Source of the DNA: Bacteroidales bacterium
Lineage (GTDB): Bacteria > Bacteroidota > Bacteroidia > Bacteroidales > UBA10428
Direction of reading: 5' to 3'
Length of the DNA stretch: 64,000 nt
Assembly (NCBI GenBank): GCA_016933335.1
Contig: JAFGBD010000018.1
Span: 3-64,002 of the forward strand
This document shows, one piece after another, positions 47,487 through 57,189 of this stretch; within the stretch, counting starts at the first letter, position 1; each line of letters starts with the position of its first letter. The notes under the pieces are model-generated. The model ran no database searches and was not told the origin of the DNA. It worked only from the letters and a program-made list of their open reading frames with translations. The position numbers were made by a program, and so were the translations under genes.

Positions 47487-49907
47487 TTAATTCCTGTTAA
47501 AGATATCTGTAAGCTTATCCTTCAGGGTCTTCCTGGTATCACCATGTCCATAACCATAACCGTAGCCATATCCGTAACCGTAACCATAGCCATATCCGTT
47601 CTTTGATATTTTTACATCATTCACAACAAGGTTCAGGTTTTTCAGGTTACGGTTTTCAATATCATCGATTATGTTGGAAAACAAAGATTTAGGTGTAAAG
47701 TTGTGTCTGAGGACAAATATATTGACATCGGTATTCCTGACAATCAGCAAAGCGTCAGAAACCAGCCCGACAGGCGGTGAGTCAATGATGATATAGTCAT
47801 AATTACTTTTAAGCTTTTTGAAAAGATCGGTTGTCTTTGTTGATGCAATCAACTCTGTCGGATTTGGCGGCACCGGTCCTGACAGAATGACATCCAGGTT
47901 TTCAATGCCGGAAGGAAGAATTATATCCTCAAGCCTGGCATTGCCGCTTAAGAAGGTGCTTATTCCGTCTTCAAATTGTATATTCAGGTACTGTTTCAGT
48001 TTTGATTTCCTGAGATCGAAATCAAGGAGTATCACCTTTTTCTGATTTTGTGAAAATACTCCTGCAAGATTTATTGCCACATAACTTTTTCCTTCACCCG
48101 TGACAACTGATGTAATAAGAACAACGTTTGACCTGCCTGCATCTCCGACAAACTGGAAATTGGTTCTTAAAGACCGGAAGGATTCGGTAACAAGTGATTT
48201 TGGAAATTCATGAACGACATTGTTGATTTTATGCTTATTATGAATGATTTGTCCGATCACAGGGATTTTTGTTATACGCTGGATATCGTTTTTATCGATG
48301 ATTTTATCTTTAAAGAGGTCTCTGACATACAGCATTCCGGCAGGCACAAACAATCCGAGCAGGAGAGCGATGATGTAATTCATTTTTTTGTTTGGTTTAA
48401 CCGGTATGCTGTCTTCAACTGAAGCGATGTCAAGAACCTCATTTGAAGGAAGGTTTGAAGCTTTTGAGATCTGCATTTCGCTTCTTTTTGTTAACAGAAA
48501 TGTGTAAAGTGCATCATTCAGTTTGAATTTCCTCTCATAACCGAGAAGCCTTCGCTGGCTTTCAGGAAGTTTACTGACACGTCCTTCAAATTCGCTGATA
48601 CGCGATTCAAGCTCAGTCAGTGATATATCGGTGATTTTTATGATATTTTCAATGTTTTCGAGGAGCTTGGCCTTTGTATCTTTGATCCTTGATTCCAGAG
48701 CAATAATACCGGGATTGTCTTTTATGGCGTTAAATGAATACTCGGTCCGTTCTGAATAATACTGTGTTAATTCAATAATAAGACTGTTCAGCAGCGGATC
48801 ATTGATATCCATTGACGAGGGTGCGATTAAATCACTGACATCATTATTCTGCGAGAGATATTCTTTAAGATAATTGTAATATTTTAATTTGATAAGCAGT
48901 TCAGCTCTTCTTGATTGCAGGTCTTCAAGTTTTTCCCATACCTGCTGTGCCTGATAATCCAGGTCCATAAGCTGGTGAGCGGATTTGAACTGCTCCAGTT
49001 TATCTTCTGAATACCGAAGGGAATCTGAAATACCTTTCAGCTGGCTGTCTATGAATTCGATGGTTTTTCCGGCAATCCGGTCTTCCCGCTCAATTCCTTT
49101 CTGAAGGTATATTCTTGTGAGATTATTAAGGAAAACCACTGCTTTTTCAATATTTGCAGTTTTGAGAGTTAATACCAGTATGGATGAATTTTTTGAGGAT
49201 TCAATATCAAAACCGCGATATCTGGCAATTAGTTGTTTCTGACTGCTCATACGGAAAGCATATCTTTTGTGATTGATGCCTTCCTGCAGTAAACTGAAAT
49301 TCGGAATGATCGTGAACCTGCAGAAATTATTGCCGGTGAGTTCTCCAAACGGAACGGTATCTGTAAATTCGAAATAATCCAGGATTCTTGTGTCCAACTG
49401 GTTTTTAAAATGATGCAATAACACATATTCGCCGCTGGCTGTGATCTCCAGAAGAGAATCATTCAGGAATTTCACTGCAAAGTTCACGCCGAGTGGTTGT
49501 TCATGCAGGGTGTCAATTTCAACATAAAAGGGAGAGTTCCTGTAAATTTCACTGGACAGGAATTTTTCTTCGCGGTAATATGAGACTTCAAAATCCAGGT
49601 TCTGTAACGCACGTTTAGTCAGATCCTTTGATTTGAGGATCCCGATCTCGTTTTCCAGCTTATAGGGATTTCCATATAATGATGTTCCTGCAAAACTCCG
49701 GGGAACAAGGGGATTTTCTTCATCCCTTATCAGGATCCAGGTAGATACTTTGTATATTGGTGTTGAAAACTTATTAATTAAAGTGGCTATGAAAATGGCA
49801 ATTACCAGGAAAAGAACATAAAGATACCAATACCTGAGGTTCTTAAGAATAAAAGCCCTGATATCAATTGATTCTTCCTCCTCAATATACGGATATTTTT
49901 CTTCCAT
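47487..49907 (-). CDS. Polysaccharide co-polymerase / tyrosine autokinase (Wzc/GumC-like BY-kinase)
   Basis: N-terminal Wzz-like TM plus a periplasmic coiled-coil and a second TM. The C-terminal P-loop kinase has Walker A ITSVVTGEGKS, A' VILLDFDLRK and Walker B IIIDSPP. The C-terminal Tyr cluster is NGYGYGYGYGYGYGYGYGHG. Confidence 0.9.
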   Translation of the reverse strand: MEEKYPYIEEEESIDIRAFILKNLRYWYLYVLFLVIAIFIATLINKFSTPIYKVSTWILIRDEENPLVPRSFAGTSLYGNPYKLENEIGILKSKDLTKRALQNLDFEVSYYREEKFLSSEIYRNSPFYVEIDTLHEQPLGVNFAVKFLNDSLLEITASGEYVLLHHFKNQLDTRILDYFEFTDTVPFGELTGNNFCRFTIIPNFSLLQEGINHKRYAFRMSSQKQLIARYRGFDIESSKNSSILVLTLKTANIEKAVVFLNNLTRIYLQKGIEREDRIAGKTIEFIDSQLKGISDSLRYSEDKLEQFKSAHQLMDLDYQAQQVWEKLEDLQSRRAELLIKLKYYNYLKEYLSQNNDVSDLIAPSSMDINDPLLNSLIIELTQYYSERTEYSFNAIKDNPGIIALESRIKDTKAKLLENIENIIKITDISLTELESRISEFEGRVSKLPESQRRLLGYERKFKLNDALYTFLLTKRSEMQISKASNLPSNEVLDIASVEDSIPVKPNKKMNYIIALLLGLFVPAGMLYVRDLFKDKIIDKNDIQRITKIPVIGQIIHNKHKINNVVHEFPKSLVTESFRSLRTNFQFVGDAGRSNVVLITSVVTGEGKSYVAINLAGVFSQNQKKVILLDFDLRKSKLKQYLNIQFEDGISTFLSGNARLEDIILPSGIENLDVILSGPVPPNPTELIASTKTTDLFKKLKSNYDYIIIDSPPVGLVSDALLIVRNTDVNIFVLRHNFTPKSLFSNIIDDIENRNLKNLNLVVNDVKISKNGYGYGYGYGYGYGYGYGHGDTRKTLKDKLTDIFNRN

Positions 49908-49974
49908 CTCGTACCTTCTGGTTCAATTCCTTTCATCGACCTGATACTAAAAGTAAAATTAGAAAATTAAACCA

Positions 49975-50766
49975 TTAATAAAAATGAGTGAGATAAATAT
50001 TCGTACCCACCAGTATTGTCGACAATGCCACAAGGATCACACTGTAAGGGAACGTGGTGTAGGCAGCAGATTTGCTGTTCATGGGTTCGATGTATATAAC
50101 ATCGTTTGGCATCAGGTAAAAGTATGGCGATTCCAGAATTTTATTATCTGTCAGATCAAGGTTATACATATTTGAACCGGTTTGTGTTTGTCTTACAAGC
50201 TTAACATTTTTAACATTTCCGAATTCCTTTATACCACCTGCCTGGCCAATTGCCTGAAAAAGGTTTACGTAGTCCCTGTATATTTTAAAACTTCCGGGAC
50301 TGTTAACCTCTCCCAGCACAGTTACTTCAAAGTTAGACAGTTTCACGACCACGGTGGCTTCCTTGAAGTACTCATTCAATGTTTTTTGTATGAGATCCTT
50401 CACTTCCACAAGGGTTAATCCTTTGACATAAAGCTTGTCAACAAACGAAAAATTAATAAATCCGAACTCATCAACCGCATAGCTGTTCAAATAAAGATAG
50501 GTCGGATTCATCAGGTTTGGAAAATCGGTCTGGAAAAACTTGCTGGTTTTCGGATCAACGCTGTATATTTTCACATAGAGCTGATCTCCGTTCTGAATCC
50601 TGTAGGTTATGTTTTTCGGATTTTCAAACTGTTCGGCAGGAACCTTGGCTCTTCTTTCCTGCAGCAATTTGACTTTGTTCTGGGAGATGCAGGAAGAAAA
50701 TAATATGCTTGCAGCGATTATTACTGCAAAACTCAATTGGACGGTTGATTTAATTCTCAATTTCAT
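49975..50766 (-). CDS. Polysaccharide export protein (Wza-like, Poly_export + SLBB)
   Basis: Lipoprotein-like signal (ILFSSCIS), Y.I..GD.L.V and V.VLGEVN.PG motifs. 263 aa. Confidence 0.85.
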   Translation of the reverse strand: MKLRIKSTVQLSFAVIIAASILFSSCISQNKVKLLQERRAKVPAEQFENPKNITYRIQNGDQLYVKIYSVDPKTSKFFQTDFPNLMNPTYLYLNSYAVDEFGFINFSFVDKLYVKGLTLVEVKDLIQKTLNEYFKEATVVVKLSNFEVTVLGEVNSPGSFKIYRDYVNLFQAIGQAGGIKEFGNVKNVKLVRQTQTGSNMYNLDLTDNKILESPYFYLMPNDVIYIEPMNSKSAAYTTFPYSVILVALSTILVGTNIYLTHFY

Positions 50767-50784
50767 AGCCTGTATTTTTATTAT

Positions 50785-52779
50785 TTAGTTAAATTGTCTG
50801 TATTTATCAATGACCTTGTTCAGGGGTGTTTTAACTGCACGATCGTATGCTGTGATAAAAGCTTTTTCAACACCACAATCCTGCTTTATTCTTTTGGCCT
50901 CTTCATAGGAAGATCCCGCTTTGATACGGTATTTATACCATCCTTCTTCGAAAATGAGTATTGTTTTATAACTGCCTGGATAGATTTGCATTAACTCATC
51001 AACACGGAGGGGAACTTTGGATGCAGCAACCTGAACATGGAATTCAACATCCCTGATCCTTCCTCTTCTTCCGTATGTCTGGACTTCCTTTTCAAGCTTT
51101 CTTGACTGCTTTACCGCTTCCAGCAGATTTATCTTGTTGTTGTTGTCATAAGCTACAATAAATGAACCTTTAACCTTAACATCTCTGATAATCCTGAGTG
51201 CATCGGAAAACAGCCTGACACCCAATATCTGATATTTATACCATCCTTCCTCTTCGACCATTTCAACAGGATATGGCCCGCCGTAAATGGAGGCCAGTTG
51301 TTCTTTGTTCAATCTGATACGGCTGGCAGCAATCTGAACCCTGAACAAGAGGCCTTCCATATCAGGGGACACAGCATATTCGGTGGCTGCCGGAGCAGCT
51401 ATCTCATCTGCTTCAGACGGTGTCATAAACCGTGTGCCTTTCCTGTAAGCAACGATAAATGCATTCTCAACACCGCACTGGCTCCTGAATTTGTCCGCAC
51501 TTTTGTAATCAGGGAAATCGCCAATCGAATATTTAAACCAGTCGTCTTCCAGAATCATTTCAATCTGTTTGTTACCATAATAGATACTTTGGAGCGCCCT
51601 TTGGGTAAGCTGCGATTTGTTTGCTGCCAGCTGAACCCTGAATATCAGGTTTTCGTCTGCCGGAAGCAGCTTAACCTTGTCTTCTTCACCTTTATGTATC
51701 TCAGCAAGTTTCAGTTCCGTCTGAGCCGCATGTCTTGCTTCTTCAGCCTTTTCCTGCACCGACATATCCTGGTATTCCTGGTATTGTTGAGCTGACAGGT
51801 CTTCAGGCATCGAGTCTGTAACCTGTGGTGCTTGTTCGGCAAGCAATTGTTCGGCGTATTCAGGGGAATACGGGGAGCCATAGGCATAATTGTACCAGAT
51901 GTTAAGTATCTGGTCAGCATTAAAAGAACCAATTCTTGCCAGCAATTCAGGTGTCAGGAAAGAATCTCCTTTAGACAAGGTATCATTCAGATATCTGTTA
52001 TATATCTCCAGAACTTCCCTGTTGACCTGCACATTGCCTGAAACCGGCTGAACCGTTCCGGGTGTGGCAGATACAGGTTCAGTTACAGAAGGCGTTACAG
52101 ATTCCGGATATTCGGTAGTCTGAGCTTTCCGGTATTCCGGCTCCTGTGGTTGCGTGGTTGTCAGCTGCGGAGGTGCGGTTTCAATTGAGTAATAATATCC
52201 CAGTGCAGTGATCTGTTTTTCAAGTGCTCTGATCTGCAGATCATTGGCATCATTCAGTTTTTGAATCTTATCCTTGCTGTCCCTGGCTTTACCGGCTTCA
52301 TTCCTGGTAACTACGGACTGGTAGAAATAATCGTTAGACTGCTCCTCAATAAGTCTGGCATTAACATATTCAGCTTCGTTACCACTGTATCCTGACCAGA
52401 ATTCTTCGATGTATTTTTTATAGATTTCATACTTCTGCTGGTTGCACTTGTTGTAAAGCTCAAGTGCTTCAAATTGTTTTTTCTGGGCATTGGATTCAAG
52501 CTTTTCAACTTCCTTTTTTATCTTCTTTTCATCCAGCTGAACATCAGCCTGTACAGCAAAGGTTTCCATGTAAAGCTGATTGGCCTCCTCAATAAGTGCG
52601 TCACCCTGGTTTTTATACTCACTGGCCTTATCAAGTTTGCTTTTGTCAGAACTGGTGAAAATCTGTTGAATAGCATCGTCTGACTGTCCCTGTAGTTTTT
52701 CTGCCGGTATTGCCACAAGCAGAACAGCCATGAGAATGATATGGACAATACTTACTGGATTACTGTGCAGTCGGATCAA
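50785..52779 (-). CDS. Secreted coiled-coil protein with three C-terminal SPOR-like repeats
   Basis: Three ~75-aa repeats start F(R/H)VQ(L/I/V)AA(N/S)(K/R) and continue ...(W)(F/Y)KY.I........A......(V/C)......F(I)(V/T)AY. The N-terminal half is coiled-coil plus a P/T/E/Q-rich linker. Confidence 0.7.
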   Translation of the reverse strand: MIRLHSNPVSIVHIILMAVLLVAIPAEKLQGQSDDAIQQIFTSSDKSKLDKASEYKNQGDALIEEANQLYMETFAVQADVQLDEKKIKKEVEKLESNAQKKQFEALELYNKCNQQKYEIYKKYIEEFWSGYSGNEAEYVNARLIEEQSNDYFYQSVVTRNEAGKARDSKDKIQKLNDANDLQIRALEKQITALGYYYSIETAPPQLTTTQPQEPEYRKAQTTEYPESVTPSVTEPVSATPGTVQPVSGNVQVNREVLEIYNRYLNDTLSKGDSFLTPELLARIGSFNADQILNIWYNYAYGSPYSPEYAEQLLAEQAPQVTDSMPEDLSAQQYQEYQDMSVQEKAEEARHAAQTELKLAEIHKGEEDKVKLLPADENLIFRVQLAANKSQLTQRALQSIYYGNKQIEMILEDDWFKYSIGDFPDYKSADKFRSQCGVENAFIVAYRKGTRFMTPSEADEIAAPAATEYAVSPDMEGLLFRVQIAASRIRLNKEQLASIYGGPYPVEMVEEEGWYKYQILGVRLFSDALRIIRDVKVKGSFIVAYDNNNKINLLEAVKQSRKLEKEVQTYGRRGRIRDVEFHVQVAASKVPLRVDELMQIYPGSYKTILIFEEGWYKYRIKAGSSYEEAKRIKQDCGVEKAFITAYDRAVKTPLNKVIDKYRQFN

Positions 52780-52962
52780 GGTGCTTTTTTTATTATTAAG
52801 ATAATAAATAATTTAAAATATCTGTACAAATATGTGTTTAAATATCAATTAAATGTAGCTCCAAATATCCCTTTTTTTTAAACTATTTTTCAACATTCAA
52901 GGGCTTAATCCCGTAATAAACTGAAATCCAGAGGTATACAAATCTATACAGAATGATTCTAA

Positions 52963-53508
52963 TTAATCATTATGATTGATGATCTGGAGGATATATTCAT
53001 CCTTATAGCCGTTTTTTGTTTTCAGCCATTCCTTTTTTGTGCCGGTGACCTGAAATCCCTTTTTTTTAAAAAGCTTCAGGCTTTCTGTATTTTCTTCGGA
53101 TATATTGCAGAACAGCTGATGAAGCTGCAGGATTTCAAAAGCATAAAAGATGATCTTGTCCAGTACCATTGAAGCATATCCTTTTTTTCGTTCATCAGTT
53201 TCTCCGATCAGTATGCCCACACCGGCTCTGTTATGGAAAGGATCAAATTCAAAAAGATCCACCGTGCCTATGGTCTTTGGTTGCTTTATATCTTCATTGA
53301 CAACATCTATCATTAGCCGGAGCTGTTTGGATTCGTAAAGATCGAGATGGGCATTTTCAATATATTTGGCAAGAATGTGTTTTGAAAAAGGGGTGATAAT
53401 GTTACTGACTTTCCAGATTTCCTCATTGTTTTCCCATTTGTACAGAATATCCACATCACCGGGTTCAGGTGCTCTCAGCAGAATTGTATTATGATCTTGT
53501 TTGTGCAT
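52963..53508 (-). CDS. GNAT family N-acetyltransferase (RimJ/RimL-like)
   Basis: RAPEPGD, ..AGVGILIGE...RKKGYAS and FKKKGF motifs. 181 aa. Confidence 0.8.
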   Translation of the reverse strand: MHKQDHNTILLRAPEPGDVDILYKWENNEEIWKVSNIITPFSKHILAKYIENAHLDLYESKQLRLMIDVVNEDIKQPKTIGTVDLFEFDPFHNRAGVGILIGETDERKKGYASMVLDKIIFYAFEILQLHQLFCNISEENTESLKLFKKKGFQVTGTKKEWLKTKNGYKDEYILQIINHND

Positions 53509-53564
53509 TTGATTTCACTGATGCTTTAAATTGTTCTTCAGGATCCGGACAGTATATGTGATTT

Positions 53565-54863
53565 TTAGAAGTCCGGTAAATTCGATCTGATTTCAAGCCT
53601 GCAGATGTCTTCACTTCCTCCGTCTGCACCAAATTTTGAAATATATCCTGTTTTTCCGTTACCTATGGGGTAATAGAACAAATTGTCACCGGTATTGTTG
53701 ATGGGAGATCCCAGATTTACCGGTGTAGTCCACTTTTTATTTTCAAGCATTGAATAAAAAATATCAAAGCCTCCCATGTTAAAGTGTCCCTTTGAACTGA
53801 AGAAAAGCACGCTGCCATTTTTAATTGATACCGGTGAACCTTCATCAAAGGGGGTATTGATGATTTTGCCCAGGTTCTTTAATTTGCCCCAGTTACCCCT
53901 TTCATCTTTTTTTGATACATACAGATCAAAGCCTCCCTTGCTGCAACTGCGGTCGCTGGATACAAACAGGAGCCTTCCGTCATCTGATATGGCTGCTGCA
54001 TTTTCATTGCCGGAGGAATTTATGTTCCTGCCCAGTTTTATAGCTTTTGACCACTGGTCGTTTTTATAAAAACTCAGGTAGATATCGGAACCCTGTTCCG
54101 AGCGTCTTACAAGGTATAATTCGTTACCATCCGCAGAAAGTGAAGTGGGGTAGAACTCACCGTCAGAGCCAATGTAAGGTGTGATGTTTATTGGATCTGA
54201 CCAGCCATCAACCTCAAATGTGCTGTAATATAAAGCATCATAGAATTTCAGCCTTCTGATAAATACCAGTTTCCGTTCATCTCCCGAAACAACAGGATAT
54301 AGCTCGGAAGCTGAGGTATTGATATTATCAGGAAGAGGGATTTCGGTAAAAATAACCGGATTATCCTCGATGATTTTGGCTCTCTCACATGATTTAATCT
54401 CGTTTTCAACAATGGTGGCATTGTAGTTACCGGCATAGAAGGGTGAGAGAACGAAAGTGTTATATGCTTCCAGTGCTTTATCAAGCTGATTATTGATACG
54501 GTAGGCGTTTCCGAGATAGAAATAAGCATGCAGCGGCGCCCGGGTTTCATCAAACGATCTTTTTTTATATTCTTTCTTATCGGTGATGTTTTTCACTGCT
54601 TTTTCAAAATATGGAACAGCCATGGTTTCTTTTCCCTGGATATTCAGGTAACATTCGCCTATTTTAAAATTATAACTGGCATTGTCCGGCTGGTAATTCA
54701 TCAGTTTTAAATAATAATATAAAGCTTCCTGGTATTCGCCCCTGTTGAAAAAGTATTCACCTTCATTGAAAAACTCCCTGTAATCGGCTTCTTTATCTTC
54801 CTGGGGTAATACAGGCATTATCGTCGGAAGAATTGCCAGGATAAAAGAGGTTAAATATTTCAT
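53565..54863 (-). CDS. TPR + PD40 (TolB-like beta-propeller) protein, paralogue 4 (no anchoring domain)
   Basis: Signal peptide, then a TPR block homologous to the three upstream paralogues (..Y.IG.CYLNI.GK(Q)E..(A/I).(P)YF(L)...AP..AY.YLGNAYR(I/V)NN.LDKA). PD40 repeats follow (S.DG..L(Y/F)..S.R....GG.D(I/L)Y). It ends after the propeller. Confidence 0.75.
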   Translation of the reverse strand: MKYLTSFILAILPTIMPVLPQEDKEADYREFFNEGEYFFNRGEYQEALYYYLKLMNYQPDNASYNFKIGECYLNIQGKETMAVPYFEKAVKNITDKKEYKKRSFDETRAPLHAYFYLGNAYRINNQLDKALEAYNTFVLSPFYAGNYNATIVENEIKSCERAKIIEDNPVIFTEIPLPDNINTSASELYPVVSGDERKLVFIRRLKFYDALYYSTFEVDGWSDPINITPYIGSDGEFYPTSLSADGNELYLVRRSEQGSDIYLSFYKNDQWSKAIKLGRNINSSGNENAAAISDDGRLLFVSSDRSCSKGGFDLYVSKKDERGNWGKLKNLGKIINTPFDEGSPVSIKNGSVLFFSSKGHFNMGGFDIFYSMLENKKWTTPVNLGSPINNTGDNLFYYPIGNGKTGYISKFGADGGSEDICRLEIRSNLPDF

Positions 54864-54985
54864 GATGAAAAGGTTTGAATGAACTCAAATTTAAAAAAAC
54901 TATTCCAAAAATGAAATTCGCGTCCGGATTAAAAAACCCAGCCGCAAAAAGACTGGGTTTCGATGTTAAACAGAATATCATAATA

Positions 54986-56950
54986 TTATTTGATCCGTAA
55001 ATGTCCGGGTATTTCAATACGCTTTATGGTTATTTTTTCAGGATCTCCTCCTTTAATTTCAAATTCAACCCTCCGGTTGTATTTTCTGCCTTCGGGACAG
55101 TCGGTACCATCAGGATTGATGTTGACCGCTGCAAAACGCGTTTCTCCATAACCCACTGCAACCATTCTTCCCTGACCGACTCCTGATTTAAGAAGATAAT
55201 TCTTTACTGCATTGGCACGTCTTTCAGATAACAGTTTATTATATGAGGCAGGACCAATGGCATCAGTAAATCCGAATAATTCAAAGTACAGGTCCGGAAA
55301 TTCTTTGGCCAGCAGCGCGATCTTGTCGAGTTTTGCTTTGCTTTCCGGTGTAAGGTCATGACGGTCAAATCCGAAATAAACAGGAATTAATATAACTTCT
55401 TTGATTTCTCCGATGTGCTCTGCTTCAGCCGGTTTTTCCACGGCCTCCTCTGCTTCAGCCGGTTTTTCCACGGCTTCCTCTGCTTCAGCCGGTTCCTCAC
55501 CGATTTCTTCAGGCATTCCGGCAGGTTCTTCGGATTTAATAATTTCCTCTTTTCCCGGTTCAACGATCTTTTCCGTTATTTCCCCCTCCTCTGCTACTGG
55601 CTGCCGTACCATTTCCTCTTCTTCAACATCCTTCTTAACCATTTCCGCAACCTCTTCCTCCAATAATTCCGGAGTGACAATCTGGATTTCAAAGATGTCT
55701 TCCTTGCCTAAGCCGGTGGGATCATAAATTGACATATAAGCTGACTTTCCGTTATTAAACGGGTAATAAAACAAATCATCATCGGTGCTGTTAACAGGGT
55801 AACCCAGATTCTCAGGATTACTCCATTGACCTTTTTCATCAAGCCTTGATCTGAAAATGTCATATCCTCCCATGTTCTGATGGCCCTGTGAACTGAAATA
55901 CAATTGTTTCATGTTTTCAGTAATGAACGGGGTGTCTTCATTCAGTGGAGTATTAATAACAGGTCCCAGATTTTCAGGTTCACTCCATTCGCCGCTTTCA
56001 TCGAGAAAGCTTCTGAAAATGTCAGTTCCTCCAAATCCGTCTTTACGATTGCTGGCCAGGTATAGTGTTTTGCCATCACTGGAGATACTGGCATGTGATT
56101 CCCAGTATTTGGTATTGATTTTCTTTGAGACAGGCTCTGATTTCTGCCATAAACTGTCTTTGAGATAACTGTAATAGATATCACTGTTGAAATTGTCTTC
56201 TTTGGTCAGGTAAAGAATTGTCCCGTCATATGATACCGATGTAACATACTGGTCTCCGTCTGATTGAATCTGAGGTGTGATGTTCACAGGTTCAGTCCAG
56301 ATGCCATCTTTGAGAACAGAATAATATACTGCGTTATAAAAAGGCAGTTCATTCATATAAAGCATGGTCTTCCCATCACCTGAAATAACAGCTTTGAAAT
56401 TGGATGAATTTCCGTTTATGGGTTCTCCCAGGTTGGTTTTTCTGATTTCAACAGGATTATTCATAAAACTCTTGGCTGCATTGCAGGCTTCAATTTCATT
56501 ATTTACATAAATAAGGCCGGCTTTATCAGATGACGGGAGCAATTCTTTATATTTGCCGTAGATTTCTATTGCTTTATCAAGCATGTTATTGACCCTGTAA
56601 GCATTACCCAGATAAAGATATGCATCCATCGGGGCTTTTTCTTCCCTGAATTCGCTTTCACGATTGTTGTTCTTAATGTTTTTGATGCTTTTGAGCAAAT
56701 AGGGAATTGATTTTTCTTTCTGACCCGGAATATTAAGGTAACAGATACCGATTCTGTAATTAATATTGGCATTGTCCTGATAGCCCTGATTGTAAAGTTC
56801 CATGTAATCGTAAAGGGCATCGATGTATTGTTCCTGGGCAAAGAAAAATTCAGCATCCAGAAAGTATTCTTTCAGGTTATCATCTTTTTTTTGAGCCCAG
56901 CTGATAAATGATGTTGCGCAAAGTAAAGACAGGATTAAAACTTGTCTCAT
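54986..56950 (-). CDS. TPR + PD40 beta-propeller + acidic linker + OmpA_C-like domain protein, paralogue 3
   Basis: Same TPR/PD40 layout, then a ~100-aa E-rich linker with the repeat EEAVEKPAEA. The C-terminal OmpA-like domain reads VYFGFDRHDL...GFTDAIGPASYNKLLSERRANAV..YL......GYGE......NRRVEFEI. Confidence 0.85.
   Translation of the reverse strand: MRQVLILSLLCATSFISWAQKKDDNLKEYFLDAEFFFAQEQYIDALYDYMELYNQGYQDNANINYRIGICYLNIPGQKEKSIPYLLKSIKNIKNNNRESEFREEKAPMDAYLYLGNAYRVNNMLDKAIEIYGKYKELLPSSDKAGLIYVNNEIEACNAAKSFMNNPVEIRKTNLGEPINGNSSNFKAVISGDGKTMLYMNELPFYNAVYYSVLKDGIWTEPVNITPQIQSDGDQYVTSVSYDGTILYLTKEDNFNSDIYYSYLKDSLWQKSEPVSKKINTKYWESHASISSDGKTLYLASNRKDGFGGTDIFRSFLDESGEWSEPENLGPVINTPLNEDTPFITENMKQLYFSSQGHQNMGGYDIFRSRLDEKGQWSNPENLGYPVNSTDDDLFYYPFNNGKSAYMSIYDPTGLGKEDIFEIQIVTPELLEEEVAEMVKKDVEEEEMVRQPVAEEGEITEKIVEPGKEEIIKSEEPAGMPEEIGEEPAEAEEAVEKPAEAEEAVEKPAEAEHIGEIKEVILIPVYFGFDRHDLTPESKAKLDKIALLAKEFPDLYFELFGFTDAIGPASYNKLLSERRANAVKNYLLKSGVGQGRMVAVGYGETRFAAVNINPDGTDCPEGRKYNRRVEFEIKGGDPEKITIKRIEIPGHLRIK
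55418..55494. repeat. 30-nt in-frame tandem repeat, about 2.6 copies
   Basis: ctctgcttcagccggtttttccacggc(c/t)tc occurs at 55418-55447 and 55448-55477, with a partial third copy to about 55494. It encodes (E)EAVEKPAEA in the acidic linker of paralogue 3. Confidence 0.9.
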
Positions 56951-57189
56951 GGGTATTGGTTTGATGTTTATAACAAAGTTATAATAATTGAGGTTAGTTT
57001 ATTAAAATTATTTTCTTAAATATTAACCGTTTAAGACTACTTAATAAAATTAGTAAAATTTAGCAGAATCCGGCTATATAATTGTCCGGTTTTAGTAATC
57101 AGCCGTTACTTTTCCGCAAGACAATCCATATGTTAAAAACAAAGTCTGTCTGTTTCATGATTATTCATTAGTGACTTCAGGCTAATGAC

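Noticed and set aside
47541-47600. Repetitive-looking DNA that might be a microsatellite or mini CRISPR-like array
   Set aside because: It is the coding sequence for the (GY)8 tail of Wzc. The units use different codons and there are no spacers, so it is a peptide repeat rather than a DNA repeat element.
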